64,000 bases of DNA from an uncultured Candidatus Actinomarina sp. (GTDB taxonomy: Bacteria; Actinomycetota; Acidimicrobiia; Actinomarinales; Actinomarinaceae): positions 12,775 through 76,774 of the forward strand of contig CACLXG010000001.1 of NCBI GenBank assembly GCA_902610815.1, given 5' to 3'. Position 1 is the first letter of the stretch. Each line of letters starts with the position of its first letter. The notes beneath the pieces are model-generated. The model did not search any database, had not been told where the DNA came from, and saw only the letters and a list, made by a program, of their open reading frames with translations. This document shows positions 29,900 to 43,828 of this stretch, piece by piece. Both the position numbers and the translations under genes were made by a program.

Positions 29900-31339
29900 A
29901 TGATTGATTGGCAATACTCGGAATCTATAGAATCACCAGACATAGTGTCTATTAAAAAAAAGTATACAAATTATATTGGTGGTAAATTTGTAGAACCAAA
30001 GAGTAAAAAATATATAAATACTATTTCACCTTCAACAGAAGAATTATTATCGAAAGTCCCACTATCAAATGAAAAAGATATAAACAATGCTGTAAATTCT
30101 GCAAAAGAAGGATTTGAAGTTTGGTCTAAACTGACACCAAATCAACGATCACGATATTTATTTAAAATAGCCAGGTTAATACAAGAAAGATCAAGAGAAT
30201 TTGCAGTTTTAGAATCACTTGACGGTGGAAAGCCAATTAAGGAGTCCAGAGATTTTGATTTACCACAGGTAGCGGCTAATTTTTTCTATTTTGCTGGATG
30301 GGCAGACAAATTAGATCTTTCTTGGGCAACAAAAAGCCTAAAACCATATGGGGTAGTAGGTCAAATAATACCTTGGAACTTCCCACTATTAATGCTTGCT
30401 TGGAAAATTGCACCTGCTTTAGCTACCGGAAATACAGTTGTGTTAAAGCCTGCAGAAACCACACCACTGACAGCTTTACTATTCGCTGAAATCTGTGAAC
30501 AAGCAGGCCTTCCTCCTGGAGTCGTCAACATAGTTACTGGAGATGGGTCAACAGGTTCACTTATAGTTAATCACAAAGATATAAACAAAATTGCTTTTAC
30601 AGGATCTACTCAAGTTGGAAAACTTATACAGAAATCACTAGCTGGTAGAGATGTCGGGCTTACTCTTGAATTAGGAGGCAAAGCTGCAAATATTGTGTAT
30701 GAAGATGCTGCAATCGATCAAGCTGTCGAAGGAGTAGTAAATGGTATATTTTTCAACCAAGGTCATGTATGCTGTGCTGGCAGCAGGCTGCTTCTTCAAG
30801 AGTCAATACATGATGAATTTGTTAAAAAATTAGAGAAAAGAATGCAGTCGCTTAGAGTTGGAAACCCATTAGATAAAAACACTGACATTGGTGCTATAAA
30901 CTCAAAAGAACAGTTAGATAAAATTACTGGTTTAGTTAATGAAGGTGTTGAAGATGGTGGCGAATTGTTTCAAACTGAATGTGAATTACCAGGTAATGGA
31001 TTTTGGTTTAGACCAACTTTGTTTACTAATGTTCAACCTTCTTACTCAATTGCTAGAGAAGAGATTTTTGGCCCTGTTTTGACAACTTTAACTTTCAGGA
31101 CACCAGAAGAAGCAGTTGAAATAGCAAACAATACTGAGTATGGTTTATCAGCTGGAGTGTGGACTGAAAAAGGATCTAAAATATTGTGGACTGCAGATAG
31201 GCTTGATGCTGGTGTTGTTTGGGCCAATACATTCAATAAGTTTGATCCTTCGTCTCCATTTGGGGGATATAAAGAATCAGGATTCGGAAGAGAAGGTGGA
31301 AGGCACGGCCTTCTTTCATATTTAAAGGCATCGTCATGA
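29900..31339 (+). CDS. aldehyde dehydrogenase (NAD(P)+)
   Basis: 479 aa with ALDH motifs IPWNFP and KPAE, catalytic ELGGK and Cys (…HVCCAGSRL…). Confidence 0.85.
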   Translation: MIDWQYSESIESPDIVSIKKKYTNYIGGKFVEPKSKKYINTISPSTEELLSKVPLSNEKDINNAVNSAKEGFEVWSKLTPNQRSRYLFKIARLIQERSREFAVLESLDGGKPIKESRDFDLPQVAANFFYFAGWADKLDLSWATKSLKPYGVVGQIIPWNFPLLMLAWKIAPALATGNTVVLKPAETTPLTALLFAEICEQAGLPPGVVNIVTGDGSTGSLIVNHKDINKIAFTGSTQVGKLIQKSLAGRDVGLTLELGGKAANIVYEDAAIDQAVEGVVNGIFFNQGHVCCAGSRLLLQESIHDEFVKKLEKRMQSLRVGNPLDKNTDIGAINSKEQLDKITGLVNEGVEDGGELFQTECELPGNGFWFRPTLFTNVQPSYSIAREEIFGPVLTTLTFRTPEEAVEIANNTEYGLSAGVWTEKGSKILWTADRLDAGVVWANTFNKFDPSSPFGGYKESGFGREGGRHGLLSYLKASS

Positions 31340-32163
31340 TAGATATTAAGAAAACTTACAAAAATTATGTTGATGGTAAGTATGTTCGTTCAGAATCTGG
31401 AAAAACATATACTAAGGAATTAAAAAATGAATTTTATGAATTACCGCTAACTTCAAAAAAAGATATTAGAGATGCTGTTACATCATCTAAAGATGGTTAT
31501 AAGAAATGGTCTTCAACAACCCCTTATTTAAGAATGCAAATTCTTTATCGTTTATCAGAGATGATTGAAGGAAACAAAGAAAGCTATGTTGAGCTACTTA
31601 TGGATCACGGTTTAACAAAACAAAAAGCAACTAAAGATATAGATGAATCGATACAAAATATAGTTTGGTTTGCTGGATTAGCAGATAAATGGGAACAATT
31701 AGCAGGTAATCTAAATCCTGTTTCAGAAGAATATTTTAATATTTCACATCAAAATCCTATAGGTGTTGTCTTTTCATTGAGTGGTTCGAATATATCTTTA
31801 AATGAGTTATTAATGAGTATTCTCCCATCGTTAACAGTTGGTTGTTCAGTAATATCATATTCTGAGGAAAATAGTGTTTTGGCATTAAAATTTGCTGAGG
31901 ATATTAATAATTCCGATTTTCCATCTGGTTCTTTGAATATACTTTCTGGAAAATTTGAAAATATTCTTAATGATGTTAGTAAACATGTTGAAATAAATTT
32001 AGTGGCAATCCATAAAGACCTGAATAATGGTGGGTTAAAAGCTATAGAGCAGAATGCTTCTGAATCTGTTAAAAGAGTATTTTCAAAACCATCTATCGAA
32101 GGTCTATCATCTATTCTTCCTTACCTTGAAACTAAAACAGTCTGGCATCCTAAAGGCACATAA
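31336..32163 (+). CDS. truncated ALDH-like protein lacking catalytic residues (putative pseudoenzyme or degenerating paralog)
   Basis: 275 aa. It aligns to the N-terminal and cofactor-binding half of the upstream ALDH. The IPWNFP motif reads LSGSNIS and KPAE reads SYSE. It ends before the catalytic Glu and Cys. ATGA overlap with the upstream gene. Confidence 0.6.
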   Translation: MIDIKKTYKNYVDGKYVRSESGKTYTKELKNEFYELPLTSKKDIRDAVTSSKDGYKKWSSTTPYLRMQILYRLSEMIEGNKESYVELLMDHGLTKQKATKDIDESIQNIVWFAGLADKWEQLAGNLNPVSEEYFNISHQNPIGVVFSLSGSNISLNELLMSILPSLTVGCSVISYSEENSVLALKFAEDINNSDFPSGSLNILSGKFENILNDVSKHVEINLVAIHKDLNNGGLKAIEQNASESVKRVFSKPSIEGLSSILPYLETKTVWHPKGT

Positions 32164-32214
32164 ACTGTCTTACCTTCAAATTAATATTTCGTTATTACTA
32201 AATTAACCCTGTTT

Positions 32215-32241
32215 AAGCTGTCTTGACTGCCAAGACAGCTT
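32215..32241 (+). terminator. candidate rho-independent terminator after the ALDH gene pair
   Basis: Perfect 11-bp stem AAGCTGTCTTG / CAAGACAGCTT with loop ACTGC, followed by a weak ATTCATAT tract. Confidence 0.35.
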
Positions 32242-32265
32242 ATTCATATAAGTTGCTATTATTAC

Positions 32266-32691
32266 ATGATGGTTGAGGATAATCTCGAAAATAGATTAAA
32301 AAACGAAGGTATGCCATTACCAAATGTATGGGTTGAGCTTGAAGGTGAGTTTTTAGATTTCAATAAAGAAAAGCAAACATTAAGGTGTAAGTTTCCTGTT
32401 CGTGAAAGATATTTTAACCCCCTCCCAACAACACTTGGAGGAATTATTGATTCATGGATAGATATTACCATGGGCCCCCTAACTGTTTTACTAGGTCAAA
32501 GAGCAGTCAGTAAAAATTTTTCAATAAAATATTTAAAACCCGTTGGTCCTTCTATTGAATATGTCACAGCGGTTGCTTGGAGAGAGAGCATTGTTGGTCG
32601 TGATAGTTTGTATAAAGGGGAACTTTATTTAGATAATGGCACGTTAGCTGCTGTTGCTGAATCAGAATTTGTTGAAATAAGAAAATCTTAG
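32266..32691 (+). CDS. hotdog-fold acyl-CoA thioesterase (PaaI/YbgC-like)
   Basis: 141 aa. Size and pattern are consistent with the thioesterase superfamily. The match is weak. Confidence 0.4.
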   Translation: MMVEDNLENRLKNEGMPLPNVWVELEGEFLDFNKEKQTLRCKFPVRERYFNPLPTTLGGIIDSWIDITMGPLTVLLGQRAVSKNFSIKYLKPVGPSIEYVTAVAWRESIVGRDSLYKGELYLDNGTLAAVAESEFVEIRKS

Positions 32692-33536
32692 GTTCTTGAA
32701 TATAGAAAAGCAGAACATAATATCACCCCAATTCCTATAAACTGAATTGAATTAGTTATCTCGTTTAAAAATTGATAGCCAAAGAAAATAGAAAAAATAG
32801 GAATCATATACACAATAAATGAACTAGATATTCTGCCAACACTCTCTAATAATTTATAATAAGTTAGAAACGCTATTCCAGTTCCTCCGATACCCAATAT
32901 AAGCATTGGAATTAGTGAAACTTCGACAGTTGGTAACTTAAATGATGCAGTAGGCCCCAACATTATAAGTGAGATAAGAAATGCATATCTTATTACCATT
33001 TTTATAACAATTAATGAATCATATTTTTGAATTAATGGTTCTACCATATTTACAGCGATTCCATATGATATTGAGGCAATCAATGCGTAAAGAAAACCAA
33101 TTTCAAAAGAAACGTCATTTATTCCTCCACTTAAAGAAATGAGTCCCACCCCAATAAACCCAGTGAAAATATACAAAAGTTGAATTTTCGTAACTTTTAA
33201 CTTGTAAAACACAACAGCAATAAAAGCAACAAAAATTGGAGTTGATCCATTTATTAATCCAGCCAATGAAGATGTTATTGTTTGTTCAGCAATGCCAAAC
33301 ATATAAAACGGAAGAGCCATCCAAAAAAATGAGATAATAAAAATCCTTATAGTATCAGTTTTGACGATATTTTCCTTAGCTCTAACAAAGATATTAATAA
33401 ATAAAGCACCAATTAAAATTCTGTAGATAGCTATATCAGATGGATTAAGTTCTTCTAATGAATACTTAATCATCAAAAAAGATGATCCCCAAATTGAAGA
33501 CGTTACAAAAGCTAGTAAAAAATTTTTAAAATTCAC
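32688..33536 (-). CDS. EamA/DMT family transporter
   Basis: 282 aa with two EamA-like 5-TM halves. Confidence 0.65.
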   Translation of the reverse strand: MNFKNFLLAFVTSSIWGSSFLMIKYSLEELNPSDIAIYRILIGALFINIFVRAKENIVKTDTIRIFIISFFWMALPFYMFGIAEQTITSSLAGLINGSTPIFVAFIAVVFYKLKVTKIQLLYIFTGFIGVGLISLSGGINDVSFEIGFLYALIASISYGIAVNMVEPLIQKYDSLIVIKMVIRYAFLISLIMLGPTASFKLPTVEVSLIPMLILGIGGTGIAFLTYYKLLESVGRISSSFIVYMIPIFSIFFGYQFLNEITNSIQFIGIGVILCSAFLYSRT

Positions 33537-33666
33537 AGGCTTTGAAGCTTAACATAGATTCCTTCTTAAGAATAATAGAGTCACCATCCAACAGGGTAGA
33601 AGGATTAGTGTAGTGGTTCAAACTGACACAAAGATGACTCTAAAAGTATTATATAAATAATAAAAT

Positions 33667-34320
33667 TTATTGGTCAGTCAATAAAACTGTTTTTTTTCTT
33701 AAACGAATTAATTCATTTACAGGTAAACCATTCTCTTTACCTATTTTTTCAATAATATCTTTTTTATTATCACCTGTTACGAGTAAATATACGTTTTCAA
33801 CATTTTTTAGTAGTTCAAAAGTAGAAGTAACTCTCCATCTAGTGAGAATATTTACTTCATTCTGAACAAATCCTTTCTCATCAGCATTTAAAGCACTTGT
33901 ATCTGGAAATAGAGACGCAATATGACCATCTTCTCCGACTCCTAATATTGCTGCATTAAATTTATCAACTTTACTAAAAACTGTAGTGGTGTAGTTTTTA
34001 GCAGAATGGCTTGGATCTTCTTCATAAGAGTATTCAATAATATTTAGATTTGACTTACTGAAAATTGAATTAATCATTCTTTGATTAGAATTTTCATCAT
34101 TTATATCTACATGTCTCTCATCGACAGTCCATAGATAAATATTTGAATAATTTTTATATTTATCAGCAAATAATTCATAAAAAAACTTAGGTGTGCTTCC
34201 ACCTGATAATCCAAGACTATAGTTTTCAGAGTCATTGATTTCAGAGCTTATTAAATTCAGAAGTGTATTTGAACAATCAATATGATTGTTTCCCTTAAAT
34301 ATTTCTAATGAGTTCATCAT
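33667..34320 (-). CDS. pgl: 6-phosphogluconolactonase
   Basis: Motifs GLSGGSTPK and WTVDERHV of the NagB/Pgl family (217 aa). Confidence 0.65.
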   Translation of the reverse strand: MMNSLEIFKGNNHIDCSNTLLNLISSEINDSENYSLGLSGGSTPKFFYELFADKYKNYSNIYLWTVDERHVDINDENSNQRMINSIFSKSNLNIIEYSYEEDPSHSAKNYTTTVFSKVDKFNAAILGVGEDGHIASLFPDTSALNADEKGFVQNEVNILTRWRVTSTFELLKNVENVYLLVTGDNKKDIIEKIGKENGLPVNELIRLRKKTVLLTDQ

Positions 34321-34354
34321 TTCTTTTGTTACGTTTATTTTTTAAGTAGTATCA

Positions 34355-35611
34355 ATGTTAGTGGAAAAAAGTATTCAAATAATTGGTGGTAAAAAATTAA
34401 CAGGAACTATTGAAGTTTCTGGTGCAAAAAATGCTGTTTTAAAACAAATGATCCTTCCCATACTTTCAGAAGGTGTATATAAAATAGAAAATGTCCCCAA
34501 TATTACAGATGTGTATTACATGCAAGAAGTGCTGGAAGTTCTTGGAATAACATCAAAACTTGATGAGAAAACTTTAGAGATTAATTCTCCATCAGATATT
34601 TCAGTGGAAGCCCCATATGAAGTTGTTCAAAAGATGAGGGCGTCAATTATTGTACTGGGTCCATTATTAGCAAGAAAAGGTGAAGCTAAAATAGCTTTTC
34701 CAGGAGGTGATCAGCTTGGCCCAAGACCGGTCAAAATGCATATTGAGGCGCTAGAGAAAATGGGTGCCAAATTTGAACTAGACCATGGCGTGCTTATTGG
34801 AAAAACTGATGGACTAAAAGGTGTGGAAATCAATCTTCCTTATGCATCAGTCGGAGCGACAGAGAACACAATATTGGCAGCTGTACTAGCTGATGGTACA
34901 ACAATTATTGAAAATGCTGCAAGAGAACCAGAAGTTGTTGATTTAGTAAAGATGCTTAAAAATATGGGTGCCCAAATCGACGGTGAAGGTACAAGTGAAA
35001 TTACAATTCAAGGAGTTGATTCTCTAAAAAGCACAAACCATGAAGTAATTGGCGACAGGGTTGTTGCGGGAACTTACCTTGCTGCATTTTTAGCTACGCA
35101 AGGATCAGGTGAAATTAAAGGGATTGATCCAAATTGTCTACCTATGGAATTAAAGAAATTTCAAGAAATGGGTGCTGATTTGGTTATCAATGAAAATTCT
35201 ATAGAAATAAATAGTGTAAAAGATATCTCCTCAATTGAGATTTCTACTCTTCCATTCCCAGGAGTAGCAACAGACTTACAACCAATTTTTGGGGCATGTT
35301 TATTAAAAGCTAATGGCACATCAATAATAACTGAAAATGTCTATGACCAGAGGTTCCAATGGATACCAGAAGTACAAAGAATGGGTGCAGATATACAATC
35401 TGGCTGGCAACATGCAATGATAAAAGGTGTAAAAAAAATATCTGGTGCACCAGTCTATTCAACTGATATAAGAACTGGAGCAAGCCTAGTAATCGCTGCT
35501 CTACAAGCTGATGGAGAGTCTTTAATTACAGGCGTTGACCATATTGAGAGGGGATATGAAAATATTGTTGATTTACTAAGTTCGGTTGGCAGTGAAATAC
35601 AATATAATTAA
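34355..35611 (+). CDS. murA: UDP-N-acetylglucosamine 1-carboxyvinyltransferase
   Basis: 418 aa EPSP-synthase fold with MurA N-terminal motif (…GGKKLTGTIEVSGAKNA…). Confidence 0.88.
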   Translation: MLVEKSIQIIGGKKLTGTIEVSGAKNAVLKQMILPILSEGVYKIENVPNITDVYYMQEVLEVLGITSKLDEKTLEINSPSDISVEAPYEVVQKMRASIIVLGPLLARKGEAKIAFPGGDQLGPRPVKMHIEALEKMGAKFELDHGVLIGKTDGLKGVEINLPYASVGATENTILAAVLADGTTIIENAAREPEVVDLVKMLKNMGAQIDGEGTSEITIQGVDSLKSTNHEVIGDRVVAGTYLAAFLATQGSGEIKGIDPNCLPMELKKFQEMGADLVINENSIEINSVKDISSIEISTLPFPGVATDLQPIFGACLLKANGTSIITENVYDQRFQWIPEVQRMGADIQSGWQHAMIKGVKKISGAPVYSTDIRTGASLVIAALQADGESLITGVDHIERGYENIVDLLSSVGSEIQYN

Positions 35612-35614
35612 TAT

Positions 35615-35887
35615 ATGGCAAATTTAAATTTTCCAAAAGTTAAAGATCGTGATCCAAATGCTGAAGTAGATATGGAAGTATTAAATGATACGATTGAATA
35701 TATTCGTCCAGCTGTTCAAGCAGATGGCGGAGATATTAAATTAGCTTCTGTAGAAAATGGTGTTGTAAATATTGAAATGCTTGGTGCTTGCCAAGGCTGC
35801 CCTATGTCAATAGCTACTTTAAAAAGTGGTATAGAAAGAATTCTAAAAGATAAAGTACCTGGAGTAATTGAAGTTATAGCTTCCTAA
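35615..35887 (+). CDS. NifU-like Fe-S cluster scaffold domain protein
   Basis: 90 aa with CQGC motif. Nfu/NifU C-terminal domain pattern. Confidence 0.55.
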   Translation: MANLNFPKVKDRDPNAEVDMEVLNDTIEYIRPAVQADGGDIKLASVENGVVNIEMLGACQGCPMSIATLKSGIERILKDKVPGVIEVIAS

Positions 35888-36495
35888 CTATTATCAAGTA
35901 CTCGAGTTGTATAAAAATTAATTCCTATCAAAAATCCTTTATCTATTAAAGGTTCAACTACGTACTGAATATTATTTAATGTGACACTTCCACCTATTTG
36001 CTCTGGTGAATTTACCTCGTCATAAAGACCAACTTTACTAAGCACAGATTCTCTACCATCTTTGTCTAAGGTTTCATCAGCCATTGCAACTAATATTAAG
36101 AAAAATAATTTTGTGCGCTGGGAAGTAACATCATCTGTTGAAGCTGGAGAAAAGAATTCTACACTATCAACAATTTCATCTCTTATTGCAATATTGATAA
36201 CAAAAGAAGAGTTTGTATTTTCAATGTCTCCAAATTGATAGAACAGAGTGTTTTGTTCAGTAGAAGTCCATCGAACTTTGTCAGGATTGATGGAGAAATA
36301 TAATACCGTATCTTCATCACTTGAAATATCCGAAACAAGTTTGTTCCAGCTTGCTACATACTCACTGGAAGTTTTGCCTAAACCACTTACTATAATTATT
36401 TCTTCATTAGTGGACTCGTTGGACAACTCGTTACTTGGCTCACTAGAACAATTTGCAAAAATTAAAACTAAAAAAAGAAAAATAACTTTTTTCAT
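35884..36495 (-). CDS. hypothetical lipoprotein
   Basis: The probable start is MKKVIFLFLVLIFANCSS (signal peptide plus lipobox). Start set at 36495, which gives an ATGA overlap with the upstream SRPBCC gene. Confidence 0.4.
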   Translation of the reverse strand: MKKVIFLFLVLIFANCSSEPSNELSNESTNEEIIIVSGLGKTSSEYVASWNKLVSDISSDEDTVLYFSINPDKVRWTSTEQNTLFYQFGDIENTNSSFVINIAIRDEIVDSVEFFSPASTDDVTSQRTKLFFLILVAMADETLDKDGRESVLSKVGLYDEVNSPEQIGGSVTLNNIQYVVEPLIDKGFLIGINFYTTRVLDNS

Positions 36496-36932
36496 TTTTC
36501 CAAAATATTTTTTAGATTCATTAAGTTTTTTTTCCAAATAATTTTTAATACAAATCCCCCAAAAAACTCCGCAATTGGGCCTCCAAGATAATATGGAGCT
36601 TTTAAATATTCAATCCATTCAAATTTTGTGGAGTTCTCATCATTTTTACTCAAATAAAATGCTCCTTCTCCAGTAACAATTCCCTCATGTACTACACCTA
36701 TACTGTTCATATCTTCCCAAGTTGTAACAGTAATAATATCATTCAGAGAAAAAGGTCCAACTTTTGTTAAAACTTTCATTTTTGTATCAATTCCAGCTTC
36801 ATTTTCAGATAGAAAGTCAATTTTGGCTGCATCCTGCATCCAATTGACGTGATTTTTCATAATTTTTACCTCATCCCAAACCACTTCAATAGGTTTGTTA
36901 ATGATTGTTGAAACTTCAATTCTTTTACTCAT
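36492..36932 (-). CDS. SRPBCC (polyketide cyclase/START-like) domain protein
   Basis: 146 aa with a Bet v1-like pattern. Confidence 0.5.
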   Translation of the reverse strand: MSKRIEVSTIINKPIEVVWDEVKIMKNHVNWMQDAAKIDFLSENEAGIDTKMKVLTKVGPFSLNDIITVTTWEDMNSIGVVHEGIVTGEGAFYLSKNDENSTKFEWIEYLKAPYYLGGPIAEFFGGFVLKIIWKKNLMNLKNILEK

Positions 36933-36974
36933 TGCTTGTTAAACAATATTAGTTCATAAGTAAAATAAATATAT

Positions 36975-38116
36975 ATGAATAAAAATGATTATATATATTT
37001 AGATCATGCAGCAACAACACCTATGCGTGAGGTTGCTTTTGAGGCATATAAAAAGACTGAAATGGATGCTTATGCAAACTCTTCTGGCGGTCATGCGCTT
37101 TCAAGGAAAGCAAAAAATATTCTAGAGGATTCCAGGGAATTTATTGCCAGCTGCTTTAGTGCTGCTCCAAATGAGATTACTTTTACCAGTGGTGGAACTG
37201 AAGCTGATAATTGGATAATTAAAACACCTTATATAGACAAAGACACTACGGCTGAGCTAACAACGACTCAGATCGAACATGAAGCGGTTTTAGCTTCTGC
37301 AGAAAATATTCATAGCAAAGGATTTAATGTTAATTTTGTTTCATGCGACGGTGAAGGAATCACAAATATTGATGAATTTAGGAAGTCTATTAATTCAAAT
37401 ACTCTAATTGCTTCAGTAATGTACGCAAATAATGAAACAGGAGTTGTCCAACCTATTCAAGAAATGTCAAAAATAGTTAAGGATATCAATCCAAATACAT
37501 TATTTCATTCAGATGTAGTACAAGCAGTTGCTACCAAAAAATTAAACTTTCATAATCTTGGAATTGAAAGTGCCGCCATTTCAGGACACAAAATTGGTGG
37601 ACCTAAAGGTATTGGAGTTATGTTTTTAAAGACAGGATATAAGATTCCAAGCTTCTTGCATGGTGGAAAACAAGAACTTGAAAGAAGAGCAGGCACAGTA
37701 AATGTATCTGGTGTTGCTGGATTAGCTGCAGCTCTTAAAGAACAACAAAACAATTTAGATAAAGATGTCGAATTAATTGAAAATGAAAAAACAATATTTG
37801 AAAATAACCTTAAAGAGAATATTGAATTAAGAGTAGTTGGAGAAAATGTAGAGAGATTGTGTCATATATCTAATATACAATTCAAAGATATAAATTCAGA
37901 AACATTAATGGTAGCTTTAGATTTAAATGGGATGGGAGTCTCAAGGGGCTCCGCATGTGCTAGTGGCGCACAAAAACCATCCCATGTCTTAAAAGCTATG
38001 AAAGTTGACGAACAAGTTATTAATAATCATCTTAGATTCAGCTTTGGTTGGAATACACAAAAGGGTGATGGATTAAAGTGTGCTGAAATTGTTAAAAAGA
38101 CTATAAAGGAACTGTC

Positions 38117-38120
<4 letters not shown>
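36975..38120 (+). CDS. cysteine desulfurase (class V aminotransferase, IscS/NifS-like)
   Basis: PLP lysine motif SGHKIGGPKG and C-terminal catalytic Cys region (…SRGSACASG…). Confidence 0.8.
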
Positions 38121-41649
<3,529 letters not shown>

Positions 41650-41687
41650 ACATTAAAATAATATCTAAGAAATAAAAAGAGACCAAA

Positions 41688-42500
41688 GTGAAAATAGAAA
41701 ATTTAGAAGAGCAAATAAAAAATATTGATCCTAATAACATATCTGAAAATGATTTGTCAGTAATTGAGTTTACAATTCAAGAACTCGACAAAGGAAATAT
41801 TAGAGTAGCAAGCAATAAAGATAACCTGTGGTTGCTTAATGAATGGGTAAGAGATGCTATTTTATTATTTTTTTCAATAAGAAATTTAAAAGAAATTAGT
41901 GCAAATGACTTAATTTATTATGACAAGTTAGAGCCTAAAAAGAATTACAAAGAACTGGGCATTAGAGTTGTCCCTCCTGGAGTAGTTAGGTATGGTGCAT
42001 TTTGTGAACCAGGAGTTGTTGTCATGCCTGGCTTTGTCAATATTGGAGCATATGTAGGTTCAGGAACTATGGTTGATACCTGGGCGACTGTAGGTTCTTG
42101 TGCTCAAATAGGAAAAAATGTTCATCTTTCAGGTGGAGTTGGTATTGGTGGAGTACTGGAACCTGCCGGAGCGATGCCGGTGGTTGTTGAAGACGGAGCA
42201 TTTATTGGTTCACGTTCAATTATTGTTGAAGGCGTCAGAATAAAAAAAGGAGCAGTAATAGGTGCAAATGTTACTCTTACTGCCTCTACACCAATTATTG
42301 ATGTAACAGGTAAAGAGCCAGTTGAGGTTAAGGGTGTAGTTGATGAAAATTCTGTTGTCATTCCTGGAACAAGGCCAAAAGAATTTCCAAGCGGTGTATT
42401 TAACACTCCTTGTGCTTTAGTAATTGGAAAAAGAAAAGAATCTACTGATGAAAAAACTTCACTTACTGATGCATTGAGAACTTTTGGAGTTGAAGTTTGA
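41688..42500 (+). CDS. dapD: 2,3,4,5-tetrahydropyridine-2,6-dicarboxylate N-succinyltransferase
   Basis: Left-handed beta-helix hexapeptide repeats. It is coupled to the downstream dapE. Confidence 0.7.
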   Translation: MKIENLEEQIKNIDPNNISENDLSVIEFTIQELDKGNIRVASNKDNLWLLNEWVRDAILLFFSIRNLKEISANDLIYYDKLEPKKNYKELGIRVVPPGVVRYGAFCEPGVVVMPGFVNIGAYVGSGTMVDTWATVGSCAQIGKNVHLSGGVGIGGVLEPAGAMPVVVEDGAFIGSRSIIVEGVRIKKGAVIGANVTLTASTPIIDVTGKEPVEVKGVVDENSVVIPGTRPKEFPSGVFNTPCALVIGKRKESTDEKTSLTDALRTFGVEV

Positions 42501-43543
42501 ACTTAGTTGATACTTTTTTAAAGCTCATTTCTATTGAATCTGAAACTGGCAAAGAAGATAATATTTTAGATTTTATTGAAACATTTTTAGAAGGTAATAA
42601 TTTTCAAGGTGAAATTAAAAGAAATGATGGTGGAATAGTAGCTGTTCCTAGCGAATCAAGTAAAAAAATTGCACTAGTTGGTCACGTTGACACCGTTCCT
42701 ATCGTTCCTAATCAACAATATGAATTTGATAACGATGATTTAATTGGCGGGAGAGGATCTGTTGATATGAAAGGTGGTATTGCAATCATCTTACATTCTT
42801 TAATCGAAAATTCTTCTGAAATAGTTGGAGTCTTTTATACAGCAGAGGAAAGTTCATATGAAGACAATGGATTAAATATAATTATGCCAGAGCTTTTAAG
42901 TGATTTTGATATTGACTTCGCAATAATTTTAGAACCAACTGATAATGAAATTCAATTAGGTTGCTTAGGTGCTTTAAATGCTACTTTAACAATAAGTGGC
43001 AAAGCGGCACATTCGGCCAGGCCTTGGGTTGGAGACAACCCTATATACAAAGTTAAAGATGTAATTAAGTTAGTAGAAGAGAATGAAATTAACGAACTTG
43101 AAATAGACGGTTTAAATTTTAAAGAAGTGATGTCAATTACTAAAATTTCTTCTGGCATTGCAAATAATGTTATTCCAGAAACATTGAAGTTAAATTTAAA
43201 CTTTAGATACTCACCAGAACTGAATGGATCTGAAGCAAGTAGTTATATTAATGACCTATTTTCTGATAATGTTGATGTAGAAATATTAAACACTTCAAAT
43301 GGAGCTATGCCTAATAAATCAGAAGAAAAAATAAACGAGTTTATAAAGAAGACAGGGGCAGTGGTTCAGCCAAAGCAAGCATGGACAGATATCGCACGAT
43401 TTTTCGAACACAAAATTCCTTGTGTAAATTTTGGACCGGGTAATCCACTTTTAGCACATGCAACGAATGAACATATTAGTAAAAAACAGCTATTAGAATC
43501 ATATGAATTACTTTCAGGCTATCTAGGAGTAAAAAGTGAGTAA
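42497..43543 (+). CDS. dapE: succinyl-diaminopimelate desuccinylase (M20 peptidase)
   Basis: M20 metal-binding motifs (…GHVDTV…, …GSVDMKGG…). It sits next to dapD. Confidence 0.65.
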   Translation: MNLVDTFLKLISIESETGKEDNILDFIETFLEGNNFQGEIKRNDGGIVAVPSESSKKIALVGHVDTVPIVPNQQYEFDNDDLIGGRGSVDMKGGIAIILHSLIENSSEIVGVFYTAEESSYEDNGLNIIMPELLSDFDIDFAIILEPTDNEIQLGCLGALNATLTISGKAAHSARPWVGDNPIYKVKDVIKLVEENEINELEIDGLNFKEVMSITKISSGIANNVIPETLKLNLNFRYSPELNGSEASSYINDLFSDNVDVEILNTSNGAMPNKSEEKINEFIKKTGAVVQPKQAWTDIARFFEHKIPCVNFGPGNPLLAHATNEHISKKQLLESYELLSGYLGVKSE

Positions 43544-43826
43544 TGAGTTCAATATTAAAAATATAGCTAAGCTTGCTTCCATTAATTTATCGAAAGAAGA
43601 ACAAGATAGTCTGAGCAATGACTTAAGTATTATTTTGGAGCATGTAAATGCATTAAGCGATTTAAAACTTCACGCTCAACAACAAGAAATATTTATACAC
43701 CCTTTAGAAAAAGAACTAGAACTACAAGAGGATGAAGTAAAAAAATCATTAACTCATGATGAGGCAATTAGTAATGCTCCAGAGTCTAAAGATGGAAAGT
43801 TCGTAGTTCCCCCTTCGATGGAATAG
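43536..43826 (+). CDS. gatC: Asp/Glu-tRNA amidotransferase subunit C
   Basis: 96 aa. It sits immediately upstream of gatA and gatB. Confidence 0.75.
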   Translation: MSNEFNIKNIAKLASINLSKEEQDSLSNDLSIILEHVNALSDLKLHAQQQEIFIHPLEKELELQEDEVKKSLTHDEAISNAPESKDGKFVVPPSME

Positions 43827-43828
43827 TT

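Noticed and set aside
33537-33666. Possible small RNA in the 130-nt pgl-to-EamA spacer (7-bp inverted repeat AGAGTCA…TGACTCT around a T-loop-like GGTTCAAAC)
   Set aside because: It has no convincing cloverleaf or extended secondary structure. It contains a TATAAT-like element on the minus strand, so it is more simply the promoter and 5' UTR of the EamA gene.
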